Assembly (NCBI GenBank): GCA_041660005.1
Contig: JBAZXG010000001.1
Location: 158,565 to 222,564, forward strand
DNA length: 64,000 bases
Origin: Patescibacteria group bacterium
GTDB lineage: Bacteria > Patescibacteriota > Patescibacteriia > GWA2-46-9
Direction: 5' to 3'
In this document: positions 48,801-55,790 of the stretch, one piece after another
How the letters are laid out: every line of letters starts with the position of its first letter
Position numbering within the stretch: position 1 is the stretch's first letter
The notes under the pieces: generated by a model
Database searches by the model: none
The model's input: the letters and a program-made list of their open reading frames with translations, nothing else
Told to the model about the DNA's origin: nothing
Program-made: the position numbers and the translations under genes

Positions 48801-51800
48801 CTTGGGGAATCGTTACCGCGCCGACAAACTGCTGCCAACTTTGACTAAGATTTATATTCTGACCCGTAGCAAAAGTAAAGAAGGCGAGTTTGTTCGAGAT
48901 ATCATTAGCATCAGCGACATAGACACGCACAGGAGCAATACCGGCGGCAGCAGTCTTCTTGCTGAAAAGCGATACAGTAAAAGATTGACCCGACGCAGAC
49001 TGCGGGAAACTCACTAGCTGAACTAACCCACTCGCAAAAGAGCAAGCGACGCTGCTACAATCCGGCTGTTCGTAAAAATGAGGACCCTCAGCAGCAGATC
49101 CAGTTTTCAGAAAATCTTGAGCAGCATAAGTAATACCAGCAGACGTTCCTCCCCATCCTGATATCTTGCCATCAGCAGTAACAGCATTTTCAAAACTTCC
49201 GTTTATAATGGCTTCGTTATTACATTGCTGCTCCTCAACGACGCGCGGCACGGGGTTACCGGTACTAAACTGCCAACGGTAGGACGCCAATATTAATGGC
49301 AACGGCACAGTGCACGGCTTACTAACCGTCGAACAGCTGCCATCACCGCAACATTGGAAACCGGCAGCGCAAATATTCGGCGCCTGCTGGCAGGCAGTTA
49401 CAGGGTCAGAGGTAAGATAAAATCCGTCATTCCCTTTATCTACATTCATGGAAAAATTGGCCCTATTTTTCGTGATATCAATTTCAACAGAATCCGGTGC
49501 TTCGATAGCAGCAGCGGGATCACTCCTGAATGATTTTACCTTCATCGTCTCAAACTCAACCCTACCAACTACTTTCTCCACATCGGTAACGAGCGGATGG
49601 CCCCCGTACAGCACAACACGAACCTCGCCGTTGATACGTTGAACCGCAAGCCCGGGAACATTTCGGTACGCGGCAATGTCGGGATCGTTTATCGGTACGC
49701 CGTTCTGATACACGGGGAACCACTCACCATCAGCAACAATATTCGTGCCTGACCCAAGGTACACCTTTTTTTGCAAATCTCCAGCGCCAGCGTTTTGAAT
49801 AGAGGTAAAGACAACACGCGCACGAGTCGTATCGGTGCATGCTGCACCTGCGGGAACTAAGCAGGAACCAACGGTAAATTGGAGTGGGTTACTGACCGTA
49901 CCACCATCTCTCACCACACGAACGGGTCCTGAAATTGCAGCACCTGGGACAACTGCTTTAATGGTCTGATTTGCCCAATTTTTTATCTCGGCTGCAATAC
50001 CGGCAAGCGTTAAATTGGTCTGTGCTGAGTTGCCATCATAATATCGAACCGAGCCAGATTGTTGTGTCGCACCAAAGCTGTCTCCAAAATGCTGCACCAA
50101 CAGCGATGGAGGTCCATTGTCTGGTGCCAGACAGTAGAGACCGGGCGTTGGCGTATTAGTATTTACGGTAAAGACCGTATCGCGGTTACTTTCCTTGTCG
50201 TCACGACGCACCACATACACATACTGATCAGCAACAGTAACGCCCGCCGGAACTTTCAACACAATCTGTTTATTCTTCCAGTAAGAACTTGGTCCGCACT
50301 CTGCTGGAAAATCTGCCCATGATACCTCAACCGCAGTACCACCTGCTTTTGGTATAAAATACGCCTGACCGACATCCGTACCAAAGTTAGAACCAGTAAT
50401 CGTAACAACTTGCCCAACTGGTCCGGAGGACGGAGTGACAGAATCAATGACCGGACCTGGCTGGCATGATTTTACCGTAAAGTTATATGGGTTTGACTGA
50501 ACATCTGCTGCGGTTTTAATCGTAGCCCCAACAACGCCCGTATGAACGTTGGCAACCGACGAAACTACTTCGGTCGGTGTCCACACATCAACGACGCCGG
50601 GCAGTGAACCAAAAATCGCACTCCCTTTGGCGGAGCCAAAATTTTTGCCAAGGAACGAAACATTGGGAATGGCGGGATCGTTCACGCAGGCGGCAGACGG
50701 CGTTATGGCGCAAAGTCCTGGTCGAATAGTGGCATTGACATCAAAGTCTGGTAACACGGGTCCGGGTGCTTCATTTGTGCGATCGATGAGGTTAAGCGCC
50801 GTACTCACTTCAACTGATCCATCAACTGCGGCAGCGGGAACTTCCACAATGATTTGATTATCTTGCCAAGTTGCTGCCGTGGAACATACCGACGGCAGCG
50901 CAGCTACGGTATCGTCACTGTTCGCCGGGTCGTCTTTGGCATTACCATCGCCGTCTTTGTCCGTACCAAGGAAAGTGACAACGCCGGGTGTTGTTCCAAA
51001 ACCACTGCCAACAATGGCCACGTAGTTACCTGGCGCGCCGTCGTTGGGTAGTACGGCGGTGATAACAGGTGACTCTGCACAGATACAGGAATCAGGATCA
51101 CAGGCGCTCATCACCGCGCATCCAAACGGATCCGGCTGGCAGGACGGCGCAGTGGTGTCACTATCGCATGATGAACCAGGACAGGCACCGCAAGAACCAC
51201 CACAATCTAAGCCCGTTTCGTCGCCGCTCACTTTGCCATCAAAACAAAAGCCAGGACGAATCTTTACGGTTTTTTCAACCAACGGCGGTTCGTTCTCGTG
51301 GCTTGCAAAGTCAAAGGCCTTTACCTGAAGCGTTCGTGTAGATCCAACCGTAAAACCATTCGTACTCCAAGCAACACCTCCAGTAAATGGAGTATACGGC
51401 GCCGCAGTGGGAGCGGCGTCTCCTATATATGGGGTGGCGGCTTCTTTATCATAAAATTCTAAACGGGAAATGCCGTAGTCGTCCCGACCAACTGCACTCA
51501 CGTTCACACTCGAGTCAACGGGCACTTGACTGCCAACTGGCGCTTTAAAAGCAACCGTTGGCGACTTCGTGTCAACATAGTCCCCTGTCTCAAAGGTTGC
51601 CTTACATGGGTTACTCGGATAGGTACAGTTGAGCGCTCGACCACTAACGCTGCGAATGACTCCGGAAGTCAACTCAACAGTGTAGTTCGTGTTTGATGCT
51701 AAGCAAGACAAAGACTCATTAGGGACGTCACACTTTGCAAGCGGCGTGAAACTGATGCGACGATTACCGGATGCTGCTTGGCTGGTGTCTAATGTCCCGG

Positions 51801-52509
51801 CAATAATTGCTGAAGAATCTGCTGTTGGGTAGATGCGTACTGAATCGCTCGTGGTGCCGTAGGTGAGTGTTGCAACGTCTACCCCTTCATTAAATTGTAC
51901 CTGCACGACACTATTTCGCGGTGCGTTCGTCGTGCTATTCGGCGGCGAGTAACGGCTAACGACAAAAGCATCTGGTGGTTGTGGTCTACAGCCAGGGAAT
52001 AATGTACAACCACCATAATTATAAATACCGTCTCCGTTGGTATCGCTACACGTTCGCTCACCCGCACATGTACCAATAGAACAAGAAATGGGCGGATCCC
52101 CAGCACTACACGCTTGCCCAGGAGGAGGATTAATAAGGGTTCGCAATAGATAAGAAGCAATTGCAAAAGCAGAGAGAATGATAACGAGCCCAATACCTGC
52201 ATTAATGAGAACGCTGCGTGCTTGACGAATCCGCTCTTCGTTTCCTGCCGCAGTCATCCAAAGATACCCACCATACATAATGAGCCCGACGGCGATGAGG
52301 CCGAGGAACCCAAGGAAGAAACGAATGATACGAGCGATCAAAATTTTTAAGTCTCCCCCACCTCCACCGAGACCGATATTGTTACCAATAGTGTTAATGC
52401 CGGTATCCAAATTCTGCGCAAACACCGGCAGTGCAGCGAGCACAACAAAAGCAACAACCGCCAAGGCCAGCCAGCCAGCGTGTACTTTCCTTTGTCGTAC
52501 TTTCAACAT
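39856..52509 (-). CDS. Giant (4217 aa) surface protein: VirB2/TrbC-like pilin N-terminus, Big_5 and IPT/TIG Ig domains, two CBM-like domains, PsbP-like, GspG-like plus dockerin, InlB-B/Ig repeats, C-terminal propeller-like domain
   Basis: Uninterrupted 12.65-kb ORF; YGGYLWMTAAGNEERI..A...NAGIGLVIIL; PRNSVVQVQFNEGVD; GPVGQVVTITGSNFG; NGSFE/NSSFE; GDANCNG..D/ADTDTDGDVDATD; F.GWGGACS; many Cys-rich linkers. Confidence 0.85.
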   Translation of the reverse strand: MLKVRQRKVHAGWLALAVVAFVVLAALPVFAQNLDTGINTIGNNIGLGGGGGDLKILIARIIRFFLGFLGLIAVGLIMYGGYLWMTAAGNEERIRQARSVLINAGIGLVIILSAFAIASYLLRTLINPPPGQACSAGDPPISCSIGTCAGERTCSDTNGDGIYNYGGCTLFPGCRPQPPDAFVVSRYSPPNSTTNAPRNSVVQVQFNEGVDVATLTYGTTSDSVRIYPTADSSAIIAGTLDTSQAASGNRRISFTPLAKCDVPNESLSCLASNTNYTVELTSGVIRSVSGRALNCTYPSNPCKATFETGDYVDTKSPTVAFKAPVGSQVPVDSSVNVSAVGRDDYGISRLEFYDKEAATPYIGDAAPTAAPYTPFTGGVAWSTNGFTVGSTRTLQVKAFDFASHENEPPLVEKTVKIRPGFCFDGKVSGDETGLDCGGSCGACPGSSCDSDTTAPSCQPDPFGCAVMSACDPDSCICAESPVITAVLPNDGAPGNYVAIVGSGFGTTPGVVTFLGTDKDGDGNAKDDPANSDDTVAALPSVCSTAATWQDNQIIVEVPAAAVDGSVEVSTALNLIDRTNEAPGPVLPDFDVNATIRPGLCAITPSAACVNDPAIPNVSFLGKNFGSAKGSAIFGSLPGVVDVWTPTEVVSSVANVHTGVVGATIKTAADVQSNPYNFTVKSCQPGPVIDSVTPSSGPVGQVVTITGSNFGTDVGQAYFIPKAGGTAVEVSWADFPAECGPSSYWKNKQIVLKVPAGVTVADQYVYVVRRDDKESNRDTVFTVNTNTPTPGLYCLAPDNGPPSLLVQHFGDSFGATQQSGSVRYYDGNSAQTNLTLAGIAAEIKNWANQTIKAVVPGAAISGPVRVVRDGGTVSNPLQFTVGSCLVPAGAACTDTTRARVVFTSIQNAGAGDLQKKVYLGSGTNIVADGEWFPVYQNGVPINDPDIAAYRNVPGLAVQRINGEVRVVLYGGHPLVTDVEKVVGRVEFETMKVKSFRSDPAAAIEAPDSVEIDITKNRANFSMNVDKGNDGFYLTSDPVTACQQAPNICAAGFQCCGDGSCSTVSKPCTVPLPLILASYRWQFSTGNPVPRVVEEQQCNNEAIINGSFENAVTADGKISGWGGTSAGITYAAQDFLKTGSAAEGPHFYEQPDCSSVACSFASGLVQLVSFPQSASGQSFTVSLFSKKTAAAGIAPVRVYVADANDISNKLAFFTFATGQNINLSQSWQQFVGAVTIPQAYTAKEFYVVIELPKAGFDVDAVNLSWTSSSTQSPSPWKGSVDACTNAQVSVRFTTPIDTVATPKTALVVADCDSDPDCKQPKPGVSPAALQFFTYTDNLNIENGGFTADVGGFTLNHWYEARVTKAVKSDKGVSPDKDYIWRFQAKSDTCAVASLSCQPSSHKLTAKDEQESLSAGLQAANCNILSCPSGSVAWSSSSALVASVDPGLTGCHNTATAVSEGTTKVKAASPADPAARVGECRVNVIFEAPKVIEPFPSCDAACLNAAIGAVFSRPLTASTFTYTAAPVWTDSVQLYKCANADCIISDKTTTERIGITEPIYIVIPAKEETPKRYQVSFTAANGYLQKETYYRVILTKDIRSEEGKSLETNYKEKDVDGNTIDAYSWVFKTKSTICAVDRVINIPDKATLRTIGATEDIVAQPFGAPDSCNATGERLAAISYDYGWNSTDADVATITNNNVLKQIDSSGHVVVGSYVDPRQVATAVGKAPSCSVAPTYQCATDVTASVGLCTIDSDGNGAADTCDNQPKKCTTTSDCAVIGKSTLTLQCGFIAPQACISATQNVIGNSSFEITKAGSTDPLTGWGDDTDSTKMYASTVLTTGNAADGRQYYRQPDCHTTTCPFDEGLVTFIDMPYAVANQAYDFSFAVRRPGSAERVRVYLAKSDNILDKLAFVDFIGDDPRVVTTTNKWSAHSGTVTFGSAVTGNKFFLVLELPTGVEVDSVSLIPHVCAKQLKRACSTSSQCNVDASGLSLNVCGSGNPVGTCNAQLKCSNDSHVSCDNGDGTGNDLFCSFAVNKGGCCGIRPWVTSITGAESPADGTICRNAAFTVMFSQPMDRTSVEQNTSLEWLDNVGELNADGLPDCNLEESLKVAEATPMSQFFGFVRRLFLNEAGAAAGSGWCKVLGTKVLASTVFPDGSSPVTKAIISVSSLLDKKLKYRVVVHGENATDPTGGARSTAGIALDGDKNQEFPDPSASTPPGVGNHICKVDNIQVNIAPVLSTEMSISQPRTLIQPYDLFACYGDHCNCSSDTGGVKLGCRQTTTGEVPEDQNSAPGTGNQHVYQATAVDAIGQALSANYVWSKEDPLPLLSLANTTTPELETTFANKPSDNRTRFALVNVSASLGSDSDTMGSNRVPVTFMLCRQPWDNGPLQDGPPPAGDSPTNFYTTYCQDTSRSVCSNDKNKSCANDKQCGAGNSCVPELLPNFSNTKIDAPAGANQLGILAEWILKAPTIDPTHPDPDAIGVRVVRNDRHLTPSQWYAEQPFSKGAPESLVIDGYPAIRDGRTIYIGAANTSGVDVNGDGVSDPVFFTNVYIFSYNQGAQATTQNVYNQLVQNLIFNIDDLTVGNCREQATGRAEVTRFCSNNNSKACTQDSDCGSGNTCGVVKQCIFNSDCGSGYVCANTKSKVTRDVKRLSDVVNMSTTLSAYQYGSSCPAVTPGAPGDANCNGVINGYDISLTEWYRANPGSIPSYCRGADTDTDGDVDATDVSNVTKTVTSSCQRPADRTTNYPLLAAGTYVTGTSTSRWPSWVATLGNELGRQLPQDPIGVFAACEAGGTESTLGTAMLKHDSNTCWDEVSKTYASHFATLDAAKEKITKVEPPPDVPWSFDPAQLTETHVYTYSAYGRCSTTTAQACIVDSQCPTGEKCQGQGQDYALCSFVESVFTPFPALLNQVTGGDRLCLVTDTAVRDRLPAPPPGPIMDGGGTIIPPNPQLKPLQLTLTGSGGGRVKVRFVSGGSVVDTCVKPASVSATCEFAYDVDTNVLLEAVLDNADFSLGGWGGACSGQSACSVVMSTPKIVTQSFRNVSTLQVLNSSEAGDATVVVTASSGRQTCASINDTCSLAFDANTSVDVEIFPKVGSTFGGWVNSCTGVENGTRCEGVTVTRTVTLQVNLTAAQPTAELSLLNGTSYIDGALITVSWTTTNATDILLTSDGNVADRVNMTELPPNGSSTVVAKMGMTTLTLTATGPGGTTTKSVSFTVNVPSGINNFIATPSLIQNRDCSDLTWTETGAAPTTRTITVHADDGSLDRTISGNAAAAPVHDCPSNNAPTNITYTLNISGPGESASATTTLAIVKPAKVTKFEVAGPNNQFGASADVVAGDNITFRWETTDATSGGVAIDQGVGVVTPEASGTKQATASTSQTYKITATGRVGAPDQKSVTVTVHQAPSVTLTPASDPSASSVFIDPAGSETLNWNVTPVADFVRISSFTNVPPASYNVSSAQGSVVVSLGADTSQTYTITVQGYGSLTATDSVTVSKRPTVNLIVSGSGLGRLGYATARGTGNCTNDPSSSDPMTPCSFNPNPGDAVVLLATPNGSAQFTGWTNCPSATGNRCNFSASAAGGSLSVTATFEAVQQLTLQKIDNTFPNPPVVNGNVVVESAPAGWPTPTANDGVSNGFTENYLKNSSITLRATSVVNSGTFQGWGGACTSAGASPTCTISMTGEQTVTAKFVTKPQPVTLFVIGPQGGNCNVSNRGGSTVINGTTYSCTVSQYNAACLDVSAPCAPNSLLAFTWGGGTGASSYEINPGSISGITGTRWPASGTKQIPGSGAYTVTAVNGVGQTVSNSVDIWIAGWPNEDIAATNVTATYNDGTSPRAVFSSATNGYLFYTGKNNTCQYVRGTRGGTGFTWAASVDIAANCRHIVSWYDQWTPAPFNTGSLIHLGASRAQAGGNNANTIQYSTLNTVGNTLTTLGPTGVAVGIVDAPQLISATKAVDGKNYFTLSSQVSTSASSFSDQCPLSSNACSRITNNPYPETDNEAPQLVPLASDDATGKMLLYHYNSITKTLNARVWVGPNATSSWGSEQPVLTAAENVIMTGYAGDGFSAVTNPTTGESIVAYRQDQGVVSNDDFIALKRRTKSSTFGTVVGSNITGVAGGGFQGVALALDSRSGYLYIAYAERTTTQSTTTIKYRRSVLSTNDPTWVSAGWTAPIPVITVQGDYHGLTLNYLSRDIIYASAVDASTNRLRGAIVNILTPPSSP

Positions 52510-52514
52510 AAGTA

Positions 52515-54704
52515 TTACGGCGCGTTAGCTGTTACGTCACCCGGCACATTGCTCTGCCCATTGACCGGACCATTACTGGGGTAGAAACAATTTTGGTAGG
52601 AATCATGAATCACTGAACCGTAACGCGGCTCATACTTTTTATGCGACTGCGACCCAGATAGGCTCGGGTCTTCAAGCCCACTGTGATTTAACGAAGCGTC
52701 TTCTCTGCCGCAAAAGTCGAGTGTACCACCGTTACAATCTTTATTCAGATTGCAAGCCATTAAACCTCCTACTTCGGCACTGTGGGTGAGACTGCATACC
52801 TGCTCGCATTTATTCGCAGGGTCGTTATTCAATGCCAAACACTCTGCTGTTGAAGTACAAGGAACAACTTTAGTCGGATCACTCAGACTCGGTAGGGTGC
52901 AAATATGCACGGGCTGTTGGTTTGTCGTAAATGCGTAAGGGTAGGGCACGTATGGATCACCAACTTTGTCCTCTTGATAAAACGCAATTGGTGCGTGTGG
53001 TTCGGGTCGAGCAGGATTCGTTTTGTCGAGATAGGTACGAATGATACTGAGCCGTCTGTTAAAGCGAGCAACAATCGGCGTCTTGGGATTAACCCCTTCC
53101 TTGTTAACTTCCGGAGTCACGTTAATAATTTCTGGGCCACTCGAGACAATGGTGTCTGTTGTTTTGAACGACCAGGAAAAACTGTCTTTCGGCGGACCGT
53201 CCGCAGTGCCGTCACCACTTGGCATACGTAATTGCTGATGACCTTCACTATCGAGCACGGGATTACCGTTACTATCCTTTTCAATGTTCTTGCTGCCATC
53301 GAGTGAGTTACTTGCCATATCCACCACACCGTCAAATATTCCATTGCCCGGCGACGGAGTACAGGCGCGCGACGGGTTGTTCGACGGTTCCGGTCCGAGA
53401 TTACATCCAGGGTCACTCCAAAGCATGGCTGCTTTCACATCCGCACTCACCGTCACACTTGCTGGCAGGCAATAAATCGTCTGGTTGCAGGAATTGGTGC
53501 CACAGGGATCAGACGAAACAAATTCCACCGTACGATACCCATTACCAATGCTGAATGTTCCGTTGACCGGCGTATTACCATTGTCGGCGTTCGCTACAAT
53601 TAAATTATTGAACCCATCGGCAGTACTACCGCTCGCGCTAATCGGGTTGACCGCTTCATTAAAGGTAACCTGTACAACGGTATTACGTGCCAGTTCGTCA
53701 TACTCCCAAGGAAGTACGTCAATGATTTTTGGCGGGGTCGTGTCGATGATGGTGGAAACTTCGAAGGACCATGCGTACTTACTATCCTGTACGAGGAAAC
53801 CAGAATCTCCGTTTTTCTTTGTAAGCGTAGTATGCACCGTCGCTCGATGCTTAGTATTGACATCAGGCAGCCCAAGAAGCGCTGCGCCGTGCAAAATAAA
53901 GACAAATACCTTCTCGTCGTTGGTGTAAACGTCAAAGCTTGAAAACTGCTTATACCCCGTTCCGTCACCTGGATCCCACGCTAGATCAAAAACATTTTCA
54001 TTCATGGTGCCACACCACAAAACGGAACAAGTCACCGTGCCAAAGTCTTCACCTTTACTCACCGCATTACTGAGAAACGACTTCGGGAGACTAGCAATAT
54101 CCGCCGCGGTCTTCGGGTCTTTATGAATAACCAATATGGGCTCCCTGAAAGTGATTGCCATACTGGTATTTCTCGGAACATTTTTTTGATCACGCCCGGG
54201 GTAGTGATCTTCAATGATACCGTTCCCTAGTGCAAAACAGTTACTGCAGGGTGGCGGTGAACCCGACCCATTATTGGTGTTGCCGCCCGTACCAACCAAC
54301 CAATTGAGCAAAAACGAAACAATGCTAAAGGAAATTAAAATGATAACGAGACCAATAGCTCCATTACGGAGCACTTTCTGGGCAAGTTCAATGCGTTCAC
54401 TGTTGCCGGCAGATGTCATCCAGAGGTAACCGCCGTAGAGGACGACACCGATAGCAAGGAGACCAAGGAAACCAAGCAGCGCGCGAATAATGCGCGCTAT
54501 TAAAATTTTTAAATCCCCCGAACCGGCACTGAGGCCGGAATTGTTTGAAAAATTAGTAAGGCCGGTATCAAGCCCTTGCGCCAAGGCAACGACCGGAAGA
54601 AAAGCAAAAATGACGGCAACCCCGAGAGCGAGTGAATGGCGCAGCGTCAACCAGGGCAGAATAGTTTTGTTCCGTCGTAGAAAAAAGGCCTCGGATATTG
54701 CCAT
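52515..54704 (-). CDS. Pilin-domain protein with three Big_5-like Ig domains
   Basis: YGGYLWMTSAGNSERI pilin motif; VPRNTSMAITFREPI, ARNTVVQVTFNEAV, NPKTPIVARFNRRL; Cys-rich tail. Confidence 0.82.
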   Translation of the reverse strand: MAISEAFFLRRNKTILPWLTLRHSLALGVAVIFAFLPVVALAQGLDTGLTNFSNNSGLSAGSGDLKILIARIIRALLGFLGLLAIGVVLYGGYLWMTSAGNSERIELAQKVLRNGAIGLVIILISFSIVSFLLNWLVGTGGNTNNGSGSPPPCSNCFALGNGIIEDHYPGRDQKNVPRNTSMAITFREPILVIHKDPKTAADIASLPKSFLSNAVSKGEDFGTVTCSVLWCGTMNENVFDLAWDPGDGTGYKQFSSFDVYTNDEKVFVFILHGAALLGLPDVNTKHRATVHTTLTKKNGDSGFLVQDSKYAWSFEVSTIIDTTPPKIIDVLPWEYDELARNTVVQVTFNEAVNPISASGSTADGFNNLIVANADNGNTPVNGTFSIGNGYRTVEFVSSDPCGTNSCNQTIYCLPASVTVSADVKAAMLWSDPGCNLGPEPSNNPSRACTPSPGNGIFDGVVDMASNSLDGSKNIEKDSNGNPVLDSEGHQQLRMPSGDGTADGPPKDSFSWSFKTTDTIVSSGPEIINVTPEVNKEGVNPKTPIVARFNRRLSIIRTYLDKTNPARPEPHAPIAFYQEDKVGDPYVPYPYAFTTNQQPVHICTLPSLSDPTKVVPCTSTAECLALNNDPANKCEQVCSLTHSAEVGGLMACNLNKDCNGGTLDFCGREDASLNHSGLEDPSLSGSQSHKKYEPRYGSVIHDSYQNCFYPSNGPVNGQSNVPGDVTANAP

Positions 54705-54714
54705 GCGTTTTTGT

Positions 54715-55188
54715 TTACTTTGAGGAATCTTTTTGTTTCGCCAGCACTTCACGAACAACCGCCGCAACTTCACTGCCATCTATCGCTCCTTTCAGATCTC
54801 GCATCACCGCTTTCATAGCTTGACCAAAATCTGTGATCCCTTCCTTATGTAACGTTTCAACGACGAGCGCAACACGACGTTTCGTTTCTTCTGGATCAAG
54901 TGCTTGCGGTAAATATGCAGAGAGCACAGCGATTTCTTTTTTCGCTGCATCAATTAAATCTTGTCGTGCAGCTTTGATAAAGTCTTCCAGCGCATCTTTC
55001 TGGCGTTTCACTTCTTGACGAATGACCGTTGCAACAGCCGCGTCATCTAATTCTTTGACCGCACTGGTGCGCGCCGCGATCACAGCATTCTGCAAGGCCG
55101 CACGAAGCGTGCGTAAAATTGATACGCGTTCCGCCTCATGCGCCTTCATTGCTGCTATAAAGTCCTTCTCAATGCGTTCAAGTAACAT
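54715..55188 (-). CDS. yqeY: GatB/YqeY domain protein
   Basis: AAMKA, ILRTLRAAL, EIAVLSAYLPQAL, DFGQAMKAVM; follows rpsU. Confidence 0.92.
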   Translation of the reverse strand: MLLERIEKDFIAAMKAHEAERVSILRTLRAALQNAVIAARTSAVKELDDAAVATVIRQEVKRQKDALEDFIKAARQDLIDAAKKEIAVLSAYLPQALDPEETKRRVALVVETLHKEGITDFGQAMKAVMRDLKGAIDGSEVAAVVREVLAKQKDSSK

Positions 55189-55221
55189 ACGGCTCAGTTA
55201 ACGAAGATGTTAACAATTACA

Positions 55222-55482
55222 TTAACGAGAACGACCGCCGCCTTTGGCTGACCGCTTCTCGTCTTCTTCAGTAAGACGACCAACTTTTCGTAAGTATTCC
55301 ATCTGCTCCCGCTTACCGGCACGAACCAATGCATTCTTGCGTGCTTCGGTACGGCTTTTTTCACGCGTCAAAAAACGAACCTTCCGAGCCTGTCGCATAC
55401 GGCCGCTCCGTTGTAGCTGCCGAACGAACCGACGAAAGAAGGCTTCAAAACTTTCACCCTTTTTCCTCTTTATTTCGACCAC
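55222..55482 (-). CDS. rpsU: 30S ribosomal protein S21
   Basis: KKGESFEAFFRRF...SG...ARKVRF; GTG start with GAGGTG SD; rpsU-yqeY synteny. Confidence 0.85.
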   Translation of the reverse strand: MVEIKRKKGESFEAFFRRFVRQLQRSGRMRQARKVRFLTREKSRTEARKNALVRAGKREQMEYLRKVGRLTEEDEKRSAKGGGRSR

Positions 55483-55790
55483 GTACTCACCTCACTTTCT
55501 TATTGCAGCCGCTCAAGCGGTCGTGCATAAATAATGGTCGATCGTTTTTTCTTCGCTCACTTGAAAAATGCCGACTACTCTACATCTGAACATTTTTCGA
55601 AACTCAAGTAAATTGCGAAGACAAAAAACGATTCGTACGTTTTATTCTAACACATAGAGAGGCGCTAAGTCAAAAGTATAATAACCTTAGGATTCTTGAA
55701 TGAGACGCTCGGCTACGGTCCCCTTGCATGACGAAAAACCACCCAGTGTACCTGAGCGGTTTTTTGTAATTTCTCGAATGGCAGAATTAA

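Noticed and set aside
39856-52509. Giant ORF as an NRPS/PKS, RHS toxin, intein host or DGR target
   Set aside because: No adenylation/KS, YD-repeat or intein splice motifs were seen, and there is no reverse transcriptase or template repeat in the window
40159-54723. Many 60-224 aa antisense or alternative-frame ORFs over the two pilin-domain genes
   Set aside because: Shadow ORFs expected opposite Thr/Ser/Gly/Val-rich coding sequence; no motifs
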